From contig JBHLOY010000003.1 in NCBI GenBank assembly GCA_048939995.1, forward strand, positions 384,001 to 448,000: a stretch of DNA of 64,000 nt. The letters are read 5' to 3'. This stretch comes from Promethearchaeota archaeon. Its GTDB lineage: Archaea; Asgardarchaeota; Lokiarchaeia; Sigyniarchaeales; SOKP01. Within the stretch, counting starts at the first letter, position 1; each line of letters opens with the position of its first letter. Made by a program: the position numbers and the translations under genes. Positions 37,222 to 47,283 of this stretch are shown here, in pieces. The notes below the pieces were generated by a model. That model saw nothing but the letters and a program-made list of their open reading frames with translations, was not told where the DNA came from and did no database searches.

Positions 37222-38358
37222 TTACAACCATTTTTTTCTTTTAAAATAATAAAGCATCAAACCTCCTACTATTATCATTCCAATTATTAATAAAGGATAA
37301 GCGAATGGATTTGATAATTCAGGCATATATTGAAAATTCATTCCATAAAATCCCGCTAGAAATGATAATGGAATGAAAATTGTTGAAATTATCGTTAAAA
37401 CTTTCATTATCTCATTCATTCTATTACTAATGCTTGAAAGATACATATCTAGCATTCCAAAGATTATATCACGATAGCCTTCTAAAAGATCATTAATTTT
37501 GTAAATATGATCATATAGATCTCTTAAATATATTTGCAAACTATCCCGAATCAATTTAGTTGGCTCCCTTTGCAGCATGTTTACTAATTCTCGCAAAGGC
37601 CAAACAGATTTCCTTAGTTCAATTGTGGCTCTTTTAAGTTTATAGATTGCTTGAAGAGTATCAGGTGAAGGATTAGAGATCAACTCATTTTCAATATCCT
37701 CTATTTTTTCACTTGTAATCTCTAAGATTATAAAATAATTATCAATAATAATGTCAATTAGCGCATAGAGTAGATAATCTGCTGCCATAAATCGTACTTT
37801 TCCTCTTGGGACTCTAATTCGTTCGATAATGGGATTAAAAATGTTAGTTTCATGTTCTTCTAGTGAAATTACATAATTAGAACCTAAAATTAAACTCACT
37901 TGCTCGTGTTCGAAAACCGCGTCTTCCACATTCCAAAAGATTCTTTCAATTATAATAAAAATATAATCTCCGGACACTTCGAATTTAGGTCTCTGATATG
38001 TGTTTAATATGTCTTCTAACACAAGGGGATGTAAATTAAATTGCTTTCCTATTTCCTCAATGATATCTACTTGAGCTAATCCTGTTATTTTAATCCATCT
38101 AACTTTATTCTTTTCAATTTGGTTAAAATTATCTTCTATATCACTATATTCTTTAAAATCGTAGCTTTCTTCATCATAATCGATTACTTTTATTTTCGTA
38201 TCTACTTTTTTTTTATCTCCAGTATATACTAAAGTTCCAGGGGGATATCCTACTTTTTCTTTCTTCTTTATGCGAGCAATTCTTCTACGAATAGATGGCG
38301 TTTTCAAATCACCCTTATAAAATATAAAAAATTGATATATATGTAAATCGGAATTCAA
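37222..38358 (-). CDS. corA: Magnesium/cobalt transporter CorA (true start may be slightly downstream)
   Basis: PPGTL, LHPLVLEDI, QRPK, MNEIMKVLT, YGMNF, MPEL. Confidence 0.95.
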   Translation of the reverse strand: MNSDLHIYQFFIFYKGDLKTPSIRRRIARIKKKEKVGYPPGTLVYTGDKKKVDTKIKVIDYDEESYDFKEYSDIEDNFNQIEKNKVRWIKITGLAQVDIIEEIGKQFNLHPLVLEDILNTYQRPKFEVSGDYIFIIIERIFWNVEDAVFEHEQVSLILGSNYVISLEEHETNIFNPIIERIRVPRGKVRFMAADYLLYALIDIIIDNYFIILEITSEKIEDIENELISNPSPDTLQAIYKLKRATIELRKSVWPLRELVNMLQREPTKLIRDSLQIYLRDLYDHIYKINDLLEGYRDIIFGMLDMYLSSISNRMNEIMKVLTIISTIFIPLSFLAGFYGMNFQYMPELSNPFAYPLLIIGMIIVGGLMLYYFKRKKWL

Positions 38359-38487
38359 GATAATAATATCTTATGATTATTTGATAATTGTAAGTTTTAA
38401 GAGTTATTTAATGACATTAGAAAAAAATATTTAAATTAAGCGAGGAATTCTTAAATCTAAAGTGTATTCTCGAGGTTATTTTGAAAT

Positions 38488-39414
38488 ATGAAACGAGTGT
38501 ATAAGATTATTATTTGGTTAGGAAGTATTGGAATTTTATTATGGCTTTATTTTGGAGTGATAAGAAACTATTTGGATTTTATTGTGGGTTATGAACCATT
38601 AATAAATTTACTCATCTTAAACATTATTGCTTATTTTTTAAGATCTCTTTTCATTAACTTGATGGATGCTTTTATTAAAAAACTATTTGCTCGTTATATA
38701 GCTAAGATATTAATAAATATAACATGGTTAGTATTTCCTTTTTGGTTAATTTTCAGTATCTCGCAGATTTACTTCATAGCAATTATATCTTTCTTAGTGG
38801 TAGCAATATCATTAACCTTTCAAAATATCATTAACAATGTTGTTTCAGGTATTATGCTTTTATCATCAGAAGGTTTTGAAGCAGGTGATTTAATTGAAAC
38901 AAATGGAATTGAAGGAATTGTAAAAGATATTACGCTAAATTACGTAAAGTTAGAAGACTTTGACGGTTCATTGACTTATATACCTAATAAAAATGCGTTT
39001 AATTCATCTACTGTTCGTTATACTCACAAACCAATTAAAAAGGAAGTTAAGTTTGGGATTACGGATGTTATTAAAGCGATTAGCAAGATTTTAACAAAAG
39101 AGGAGAAAATCACTCGTTATAGAAAAGTAGTCGAACTTCTAATTTCAGTTGACATAGAAAAACTAGATGAATTGCTAGACCCTGTTTTTGAAAAGTATAA
39201 AACCATATTTGGCGTAAGACCATATTATTATGCTAATAATACTGTTACGGGAATAACCAACAGATTAAGTATCACTATACAAATTATAACAGAAGATCCA
39301 AAGTTAATCTTAACATACACCGACCTATTAATGAGAGATATCTTGTTTAAAATCTATGATAAAGAAATCAATTATCAGTGGAATTCTGATGATATATCTG
39401 GGGAGGTTGATTAA
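38488..39414 (+). CDS. MscS-family mechanosensitive channel-like protein
   Basis: TM helices, then FQNIINNVVSG..FEAGDLIE..GIEGIVKDI...IPN. Confidence 0.8.
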   Translation: MKRVYKIIIWLGSIGILLWLYFGVIRNYLDFIVGYEPLINLLILNIIAYFLRSLFINLMDAFIKKLFARYIAKILINITWLVFPFWLIFSISQIYFIAIISFLVVAISLTFQNIINNVVSGIMLLSSEGFEAGDLIETNGIEGIVKDITLNYVKLEDFDGSLTYIPNKNAFNSSTVRYTHKPIKKEVKFGITDVIKAISKILTKEEKITRYRKVVELLISVDIEKLDELLDPVFEKYKTIFGVRPYYYANNTVTGITNRLSITIQIITEDPKLILTYTDLLMRDILFKIYDKEINYQWNSDDISGEVD

Positions 39415-39416
39415 AT

Positions 39417-40325
39417 TTGGTAATTTTTAATACCGATTTGGAAGCATTAATTTATTTCTTAATCATTGTAATAGCCCTTTATCTTCTTAATAAACTGATT
39501 TCTTCAACTATAGGTAAAAGCAAAAAAATTGCGTTAAGAAAAAAAATAATCATTAATTTTGGTTTTAAAATTATAATGGTATTTATTATCGCATATTTTA
39601 TTATTGAAGGTTTCCCTGTTATTTCTTTAATCGATCCTACGTACACCGCAATAATTACTGGAGCAATAAGTACTGGTATAGCTTTTGCATCTAGTGGGAT
39701 ATTTACAAATTTTATTTCTGGAATAGTTATAATGTTAGTTAGACCCTTTGAAGTCGATGATCTAATCAAGATTGAGGGAGATAAAGGAATTGTCCGAGCA
39801 ATTAACTTAACTAAGATAAAATTAGAAAATTTTGATAATATTATAATTGAAAAATCTAATGCTCAAGTCCTCTCCTCAGAAGTTATAAATTACACAGTGA
39901 AACTCGGAAAGAAAAAATCTTTTAAACATTTTAAGAATAAGATTCTAGCACCTCAAGATAAAGGTTTTAAGGATATTTATGATGGTATTCCAGAATCAAA
40001 AAAAGAGTTCGAGCGTAATCTAAAAAATGTTTATGAATCCTTTTCGGGTAAATATTACCCAAAACTTTATAATTTTACCTTTAGAATGGCTTTCCCTTAT
40101 AAGGGATTCAATATGATGATGAACAAAGTCACAGAATTGTGTAATTTATATAATGAAAAAGGAATCTTCAAGATAAAACCGCAATTTGATATTATATCCT
40201 TTAATATAAACATAATAGTCAAATTTAGGTTATTAACTTTTAATCCACAAAAAATTTTCGATTTTCAACCTAAATTTGCTCAAGATGTCTATAATATTAT
40301 AAGAAAAAATTATACGGAAATCTAG
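39417..40325 (+). CDS. MscS-family mechanosensitive channel-like protein
   Basis: GIAFAS..IFTNFISG...RPFEVDDLIKI.GDKGIV. Confidence 0.82.
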   Translation: MVIFNTDLEALIYFLIIVIALYLLNKLISSTIGKSKKIALRKKIIINFGFKIIMVFIIAYFIIEGFPVISLIDPTYTAIITGAISTGIAFASSGIFTNFISGIVIMLVRPFEVDDLIKIEGDKGIVRAINLTKIKLENFDNIIIEKSNAQVLSSEVINYTVKLGKKKSFKHFKNKILAPQDKGFKDIYDGIPESKKEFERNLKNVYESFSGKYYPKLYNFTFRMAFPYKGFNMMMNKVTELCNLYNEKGIFKIKPQFDIISFNINIIVKFRLLTFNPQKIFDFQPKFAQDVYNIIRKNYTEI

Positions 40326-40347
40326 AAAGTCTAATCGATTATCTTAA

Positions 40348-41181
40348 GTGGTTTACTTGAAAAAAGGAACTATTGTTGGAAAAGGGAGAGAGGCGGAGGT
40401 AATAGCTTGGGATGATGGGTACGTTCTAAAGTTATTCTATAATATCGTTTCAAGACAACGTATTGAATATGAATTTAAGGTAAACATTTTAGTTCAAAAA
40501 GTTTTTGATAATTGCCCTAAAGCATTTAAAATTATAGAAGAAAATGAAAGAATCGGCATTTTATTTGAATTTATTGAGGGTAAGAATTTAGGAGAAGTTG
40601 GGGGTAAAAATATCTTTAAGCTAGTTAAATTGGTTAAATTAGTTGCGAAATTACATGCTGAATTGCATAAACACAAAATTAATAATTTAAACCTTCAAAA
40701 AGATGTCTATACCCGCTCAATTCAACGTACTCCACTCCTAAATAAACTAGAAAAAATGAAGATAATTAAATATTTGGAGAGAATATCGGAAGGAAATACT
40801 ATTTGTCATAGTGATTTTCACCCAGAAAATATAATTATATCCCAAAGTAAATTATACATAATTGATTGGGCAAATACAACGTTAGGTAACCCAAACGGAG
40901 ATGTCGCTAGAACCTATTATTTATTAAAGTATGGAATGGGTCCCGATGATGTTGAGCTTATCGAAAAAAGTGTATTTCATAAACTTATATTTAGATTATT
41001 TAAGAAAATTTTATCAAAAGTATACTTAAAGCAATATATTAAATTAACTAGTTCTTCATTAGAAAATATCAAAGAATGGGACATTATTATATATGCTGCT
41101 CGCTTGAATGAAGATATAGAAGAAGAACAGGAAATCTTACTCAATTTGATACATCAAAGATTAAAAAACTTGGATTTTTAG
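40348..41181 (+). CDS. Aminoglycoside phosphotransferase-family protein
   Basis: GKGREAEV, CHSDFHPENI, IIDW. Confidence 0.88.
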   Translation: MVYLKKGTIVGKGREAEVIAWDDGYVLKLFYNIVSRQRIEYEFKVNILVQKVFDNCPKAFKIIEENERIGILFEFIEGKNLGEVGGKNIFKLVKLVKLVAKLHAELHKHKINNLNLQKDVYTRSIQRTPLLNKLEKMKIIKYLERISEGNTICHSDFHPENIIISQSKLYIIDWANTTLGNPNGDVARTYYLLKYGMGPDDVELIEKSVFHKLIFRLFKKILSKVYLKQYIKLTSSSLENIKEWDIIIYAARLNEDIEEEQEILLNLIHQRLKNLDF

Positions 41182-41549
41182 TCTCCTGTAGGTATAATTG
41201 TGCTCTTTTCTATCAATAACACAGAAGTGCGGGAAGGAGCTCTTGTTCGATGTTTTACGCCTTTAGGCACTACAAATCCTTGTTTGGTTCCTAATCTAAT
41301 TGTCTCATCTTCTAAATCTATCAAAAGAAATCCTTCGATTACAAAAAAAAATTCATCCTCCTTTTCATGTTTATGCCAATGGAATTCTCCTTCAATAATA
41401 GCAAGTCTAATAACAGAATCATTAACTTCACATAAGGATAAGTTTTGCCACTTCTTTGTACTTTCAGTTATTAACTCTGGGATGTTAATAATTTCCAGAG
41501 GTTTAAATTTAACTTCAAGATCAATAGAATATTTGTTATAATCATTCAT
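41178..41549 (-). CDS. Cupin domain protein
   Basis: GEFHWHKHEKEDEFF, VPKGVKHR. Confidence 0.9.
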   Translation of the reverse strand: MNDYNKYSIDLEVKFKPLEIINIPELITESTKKWQNLSLCEVNDSVIRLAIIEGEFHWHKHEKEDEFFFVIEGFLLIDLEDETIRLGTKQGFVVPKGVKHRTRAPSRTSVLLIEKSTIIPTGD

Positions 41550-41700
41550 TTTTAGTTCCTTTAATTGAGAATTAAAATTTATAATTAAATATGACTATCT
41601 TTAGATTTATTTCAATTTTTATTTTTTGAAAATTGCTTTCCTTTGGACTTAGAGAAGAAAATTGCCTATATTTTTAAATGGTTTAAGATTTTTTTAAATA

Positions 41701-42696
41701 ATGGCAGAAAAGCGAAAAGAAACCCAAAATTATCCACCAATAAATAATATTACTCATACTTTTTATCCTAAACGGAGGATAGGGATTTCATTATCATTTA
41801 TCTCATTCTTTCTTCTTGGAATACTACCAATTATATCAAATAGTCGCCCTTCCTCTTTGGATGCATTGGCTTTTGCCTTCTATTTATCTTTATGGGAGCT
41901 AATTTGTTCATTTCCCTTACTTTTCTTTGAATTAACTAGAAATGATAAAGGGATCTTTCAAAAGGGAATAAATATTAAGGTGCGTAAAAAAACTCTTACA
42001 ATTATGGTGATTACAGGTATAATTTTTACAATTTCAACATTTTTCTATGTCTATGCTTTTGAGACTGCAGGCACCGTTAGTGCGGCTATTGCTATCCAAA
42101 CTTACCCTTTATTCTCAATCCTTATGGAATTCATTATGTTTAAGAAGAAAAAACGATTGCTTGAGCTCCTATTCACTTTAAGCATGATTATTGGTATATA
42201 TTATCTTGGTACAGAAGGTACTTGGCTTATCTTGGGTTTTTCTCCTTGGTTTGCATTAGCCTTAATTGTTCCTTTTTTATGGAGTATTGCTCATGTAACT
42301 ATTAAGCATACATTAGATAATTCTCCAATTACTCCGAATCAAGTTACTTTCTTCCGTGTGTTCTTATCCTCATTATTATTACTTATAATATCCTCTTTAG
42401 TAAGAGGGAGTACTGACATTATCGAAGGATTATTGAATCCGGAATATCAAATATTTGGATTCCTTATGGGAATAGTTTATTATTTAGAACTTGTTAATTG
42501 GTTTTATGCTGTAAAACATATAGAAGTATCAGTGGCAAGTACAATTACTACACCAAATCCAGTAATTACTATGATTTTAGCTTTATTTATCCTAAAAGAA
42601 CCTATTGAATTATATCAGATTATCGCTATGATTATTATCTTTGCTAGTCTTTATGGATTAATCTGGTCAGGAAAAGCATATCATAAAGAACAATGA
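41701..42696 (+). CDS. DMT/EamA-family transporter
   Basis: About 10 TM helices in two repeats; PLFS and PVIT motifs. Confidence 0.85.
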   Translation: MAEKRKETQNYPPINNITHTFYPKRRIGISLSFISFFLLGILPIISNSRPSSLDALAFAFYLSLWELICSFPLLFFELTRNDKGIFQKGINIKVRKKTLTIMVITGIIFTISTFFYVYAFETAGTVSAAIAIQTYPLFSILMEFIMFKKKKRLLELLFTLSMIIGIYYLGTEGTWLILGFSPWFALALIVPFLWSIAHVTIKHTLDNSPITPNQVTFFRVFLSSLLLLIISSLVRGSTDIIEGLLNPEYQIFGFLMGIVYYLELVNWFYAVKHIEVSVASTITTPNPVITMILALFILKEPIELYQIIAMIIIFASLYGLIWSGKAYHKEQ

Positions 42697-42744
42697 ATTT
42701 TAACTATTTCCACTAATCTTTTATGATTTAATTAATTAACCGTA

Positions 42745-44529
42745 TTGTTAAAGGATATGAGTATAGAATATAAAGAGTATAAAAATTACTTAAGATGGCT
42801 TTTACACCACCTTTTAAAGCAAAAATATCTGGTTTTGTGTGTAATAGTTGGAATAATTCTGGTAACATCTACGAGAACTTTAATCCCATTGATACTGGGA
42901 GACATAATTGATAAAATTCCAACTATAAGTAACATTTCAGAGATTTTACCACTAATTTTCACTGCACTAGTAATTTATGGAGTAAATATCATTTTAGACT
43001 ATAGTTCTATGATGGCAGGACATTTTTTGGGTTTGAAAACAGAAAAAAATATGCGCACAGAATTTTTCGATATAATCCAATCGAAATCTTTAAAATATCA
43101 TGACAGCGCAAGAACTGGGGATTTACAAGCACTTGCGACATATGATTTAAGAATTGTAAACACAATGGTCTCCCATGGTGCGTTTTACATATATCCATTT
43201 ATACAAGTATTTGTAGCGTTAATTGTTTTGTTTAATAACCTTGATTTAAGATTAGCGTTACTATTTTTGCCATTTCTTTTGTTTTATTGTGTTTTTATTT
43301 TGTATTATCGAAAGAAACTTGTTCCAATTGTAAGAGCACGTATGGAAAAGCACTCGAATATAGCAGTAACCCTTCAAGATAATATAAGTGGTTCCAAAGT
43401 GATTAAAATCTTTACAAAAGAAAGATTGGAAAGAAAAAAATTCCTTTCAGCTGTTCGAGCATTTAGAGATAATTGGATTGCAGAAAATAATGTACAATCG
43501 AAATATTATCCTCTATTAATTCTTTATCTTGCAATAAGTATATTATTTCTAATAAGTTGCTTTTTTGTTTATTTTAACACGCTTACAATTGGTGAATTAG
43601 TTGCTGCTAATTTACTTTTAATCACTCTGATTGATCCAACTAACTTGATTTTTTGGGCTACAAATGATATGACTAGTGGTTTTGCAGCTTGTTCTCGTGT
43701 ATTTAATGCTCTTTCAAAGGGTGAAAAGGAAAAATCAAATCCTAATGCTAAGGAAATTACTACTAAATTTAAAGGGAAAATAGAATTTAAGGATATATCC
43801 TTTTCATATGAAGATAAGAATCATAAAATCACTACTGTGTTTGAAAATCTTAATTTCATTATAAATCCAAAACAGAAAGTTGCCTTAGTGGGACCTACAG
43901 GATGCGGTAAGACAACTCTCGCCAAAATAATTTTATCGTTATATGAACCACAGAATGGGGCAATCTATATAGATGATATAGATATAAAAAATTATACTTT
44001 TGAGAAATTAAGGAAACGGATAGGGTATATTGAACAAGATATCTATCTATTCCCAAGATCAATCAAGGAAAACATTGCTTTTGGCAAACCAAATGCCTCT
44101 GATGAAGAGATTAAGAAAGCTGCTAAACTAGCACAAGTTGATGATTTTGTAAAGAACTTTCCAAATGGTTATGATACAATTGTTGGTGAACGTGGAACGA
44201 GACTTTCAGGAGGAGAAAGACAACGTATAGCAATTGCACGTGCATTGTTAACTGATCCAGATATCATTATTCTTGATGATTCTGTTTCTGCCGTAGATAG
44301 TGAGACCGAAGAAAAAATAGGTAAAGCAATTGACAATGTCTTAAAGAAAAGAACTACGCTGATTATAACTCATCGTTTAAATACAATCCGATCTTCTGAT
44401 AAAATTCTAGTACTTAAAGATAGAAGTATTGTGGCAGAAGGGAACCACCAAGAATTATTAAAAAGATCACAAGATTATAGAAGGATATTCGGAAGAGCTA
44501 TTCCATTGCCTGATATAAAAATAAAATAA
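42745..44529 (+). CDS. Heterodimeric ABC exporter, subunit with degenerate Walker B
   Basis: TMD plus NBD; GPTGCGKT, LSGGE, ILDDS (Asp in place of catalytic Glu). Confidence 0.92.
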   Translation: MLKDMSIEYKEYKNYLRWLLHHLLKQKYLVLCVIVGIILVTSTRTLIPLILGDIIDKIPTISNISEILPLIFTALVIYGVNIILDYSSMMAGHFLGLKTEKNMRTEFFDIIQSKSLKYHDSARTGDLQALATYDLRIVNTMVSHGAFYIYPFIQVFVALIVLFNNLDLRLALLFLPFLLFYCVFILYYRKKLVPIVRARMEKHSNIAVTLQDNISGSKVIKIFTKERLERKKFLSAVRAFRDNWIAENNVQSKYYPLLILYLAISILFLISCFFVYFNTLTIGELVAANLLLITLIDPTNLIFWATNDMTSGFAACSRVFNALSKGEKEKSNPNAKEITTKFKGKIEFKDISFSYEDKNHKITTVFENLNFIINPKQKVALVGPTGCGKTTLAKIILSLYEPQNGAIYIDDIDIKNYTFEKLRKRIGYIEQDIYLFPRSIKENIAFGKPNASDEEIKKAAKLAQVDDFVKNFPNGYDTIVGERGTRLSGGERQRIAIARALLTDPDIIILDDSVSAVDSETEEKIGKAIDNVLKKRTTLIITHRLNTIRSSDKILVLKDRSIVAEGNHQELLKRSQDYRRIFGRAIPLPDIKIK

Positions 44530-44544
44530 AAAGAGATAATAGAA

Positions 44545-46326
44545 ATGTATCGAAGTTTAATAAAAGAAAAACGTCAACGGAGATATTCGGATCGTGAGTT
44601 ATTTAGCAGATATATTAAAAGATTAGTTCCCTTTAAAAAGAATATGCTAATTGTTGCATTATTTATCTTTATAGCAACAATAGCAGAAATTCTTGGTCCT
44701 TTAATTATAGGATTTACTGTTGATCAGTTAGCCATCATATCCAATCAATTTATCTTGATACTATCTCTTGCTCTAAGCTATGTTTTCCTTTCTACTATTC
44801 AATGGATTATGTTCTTTTTACGGAGAAGAGAATATGGTAAATTTGTACCTTTTTTTCTAGAATATTTACGGATGGATATTTTTGAAAAATTACAAACACA
44901 AGATATAGGTTTTTTTGATAAATATCAAAGTGGGGCTTTGAATACAAGAGTATCAAATGATGCGTTAGATTTTGGTGACATAACAGCGCTTATTTCAGAA
45001 ACAATAGGAAATTTTCTTGTAAGTATATTAACCTTTACTATCTTAGCGCTTCTAAATCTCTTTTTAGCATTAATCGCGTTAATCGCAGTGCCAATTGTAT
45101 TACTTTTAATGTTTTCTTTGCGAAAAATAGCACGAATAGTCAGTAGAGCATATAGAAAAGCAATAGAGAAGGTTAATAATGCTATGGTAGAATCAATTGA
45201 AGGAATTCATGTCTCTAAAAGTTACGGTCAAGAAACTACAATCTCAAATCAATTTAGTGATATAAATAAGGAATACTTTCGCTCAACTTTTAAATTAACA
45301 GCTATTACTCATTTGTGGAGGCATATATTGAACTTAATAGCCTCAATTACTATATTGATTATAATTTTTTATGGAACTCAAATTTTTTTAGAGGGTTATT
45401 TAACTACGGGCATAATTTTCACATTCATTCTCTATCTACAGAGCTTTTTTAGACCGATAATTGTTCTTGCTACATTTTTTCCACAATTAAGTACTGGAAT
45501 GGCTGCATATGAAAGAATTTTAGAAATACTAGATTCTAAACCTATGGTTGAACAAAAAATTAATCCAATTAATGTGGGAGAATTAGAAGGCAAAATTGAG
45601 TTTGAAAATGTTAATTTTCGTTATGGAGATAATCACTGGATTTTCAAGGATTTTAATCTTAAAATACCTAAAGGAGAGAAACTGGCAATTGTAGGTCATA
45701 CTGGCGCAGGTAAAACATCATTGGTGTCATTATTAGCCCGATTTTATGAATTTCAAGGCGGAAGTATTAAAATTGATGGCATTGATATCAGGGATATGAC
45801 TTTAGATACCTATAGAAAAAATATCGCTATGGTTCAACAAGAAATATTCTTATTTTCAGGTACTCTAGAAGAAAACATCCGTTATGGAAAACGCAATGCT
45901 TCAAAGGAAGAATTGGAGAGAGCAATTAGAGCTGTACATGGCGAGGAAATAATTAAATATTTACCTGATGGTATTAAAACCAGAGTGGGTGAGAGAGGAA
46001 AAGGATTATCTATGGGGCAACAGCAAATTATTAGTTTTGCAAGAGCAATTTTAAGTGATCCAAAAATTCTTATTCTAGATGAGGCAACTTCTAGTGTTGA
46101 TGCGTATACAGAGGCAATAATCCAAGAGGCTCTTCAAGAGTTAATGTTAAATCGTACTTCTATAATAATCGCTCATAGATTATCAACTGTTCTTAATGCT
46201 GACCGTATAATAGTCATGGATCATGGAAAAATTATTGAAGAAGGAACTCATGCATCATTAATTGCACAAAATGGAAAATATGCTGAACTTTATAAACAAT
46301 ATTTTGAACATCAGAGCTTAAATTAA
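44545..46326 (+). CDS. Heterodimeric ABC exporter, second subunit
   Basis: GHTGAGKT, degenerate signature LSMGQ, ILDEAT, AHRLST. Confidence 0.92.
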   Translation: MYRSLIKEKRQRRYSDRELFSRYIKRLVPFKKNMLIVALFIFIATIAEILGPLIIGFTVDQLAIISNQFILILSLALSYVFLSTIQWIMFFLRRREYGKFVPFFLEYLRMDIFEKLQTQDIGFFDKYQSGALNTRVSNDALDFGDITALISETIGNFLVSILTFTILALLNLFLALIALIAVPIVLLLMFSLRKIARIVSRAYRKAIEKVNNAMVESIEGIHVSKSYGQETTISNQFSDINKEYFRSTFKLTAITHLWRHILNLIASITILIIIFYGTQIFLEGYLTTGIIFTFILYLQSFFRPIIVLATFFPQLSTGMAAYERILEILDSKPMVEQKINPINVGELEGKIEFENVNFRYGDNHWIFKDFNLKIPKGEKLAIVGHTGAGKTSLVSLLARFYEFQGGSIKIDGIDIRDMTLDTYRKNIAMVQQEIFLFSGTLEENIRYGKRNASKEELERAIRAVHGEEIIKYLPDGIKTRVGERGKGLSMGQQQIISFARAILSDPKILILDEATSSVDAYTEAIIQEALQELMLNRTSIIIAHRLSTVLNADRIIVMDHGKIIEEGTHASLIAQNGKYAELYKQYFEHQSLN

Positions 46327-46406
46327 GCATAAAATTATATATTTCAGATTCAGATAATTCTATTGAAAAACTCGACTTAAAAAGTTTAATCTATAAAAAT
46401 TGATTT

Positions 46407-47213
46407 ATGAGCGAATGGAAAAAGGCTATTGAATTTATTAATCAAAACGGAGTTTTACTTGATAGGCTCAGAATTAAAAATTTATTCAAACTATCTTATA
46501 AGAAAAGTGAAGTTGAAGAAATATTATCTGACTATCAATTTCCAAATGGAAGTTGGGATTATAAATCTTCTGAGGAAAATTTAGATCGAATAGGTTCATT
46601 AGGAGGAACTATTCATTGTCTAAGATGGATAAGGGAATTTCATCTTGAAAAATCAGACAAAATGAAATTAACTTTACCCTTCTTGCAAAAAATTCAAAAA
46701 GACGATGGTTCTTTCTATGAAACTCCAGCTAAACTTAATCATTCACCGCAAAGGTGGCTTAATGAAGATCGCATTATTGATACATTCTATTTTACAGCAG
46801 CAGTACCTATGCGGCTTTTTTCATTAGGATATAAAAAAAGTCCCATCATTCAACCCTCTTTAAATTGGTTAAAGTTAAAATGGAATGATTGGAATATTGT
46901 TGCTGGAACTTGGTATGGTGCTTGGGCATTATTATGTTTAAATTCTTATAATATTGGTCTTGATACGTCTCTTTATAATCATTGTAGACAATATACTTTA
47001 GATTGGTTACCAAGACTGCCCGCACAACCTCTTACTTGGCTCTTAGATGTCCTAATTGCTGCAGAATACTCCTTAGATGATGAAATTGTTAAGAAAGGTA
47101 TTAACCATCTGAAATCTTTACAAAATTCAAATAGTCTATGGAATGATAAGAAATATTCAACAATAGAGACTACAATAACCGCAATTCGAATTATTGAGTT
47201 ATTAAACCATTAG
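46407..47213 (+). CDS. Prenyltransferase/squalene-cyclase-repeat (alpha/alpha toroid) protein
   Basis: QW-like motifs YQFPNGSW, IQKDDGSF, LQNSNSLW. Confidence 0.7.
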   Translation: MSEWKKAIEFINQNGVLLDRLRIKNLFKLSYKKSEVEEILSDYQFPNGSWDYKSSEENLDRIGSLGGTIHCLRWIREFHLEKSDKMKLTLPFLQKIQKDDGSFYETPAKLNHSPQRWLNEDRIIDTFYFTAAVPMRLFSLGYKKSPIIQPSLNWLKLKWNDWNIVAGTWYGAWALLCLNSYNIGLDTSLYNHCRQYTLDWLPRLPAQPLTWLLDVLIAAEYSLDDEIVKKGINHLKSLQNSNSLWNDKKYSTIETTITAIRIIELLNH

Positions 47214-47283
47214 TTAAACTTTTTTTTTGAATTTGTATCAAAATTTTATTATGATTGGTTCCTACCCCGTTTTAACTCTAAAC

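Noticed and set aside
42745-46326. Degenerate Walker B and signature motifs read as pseudogenisation
   Set aside because: Complementary degeneracy is the normal pattern for heterodimeric exporters of the TM287/288 type.
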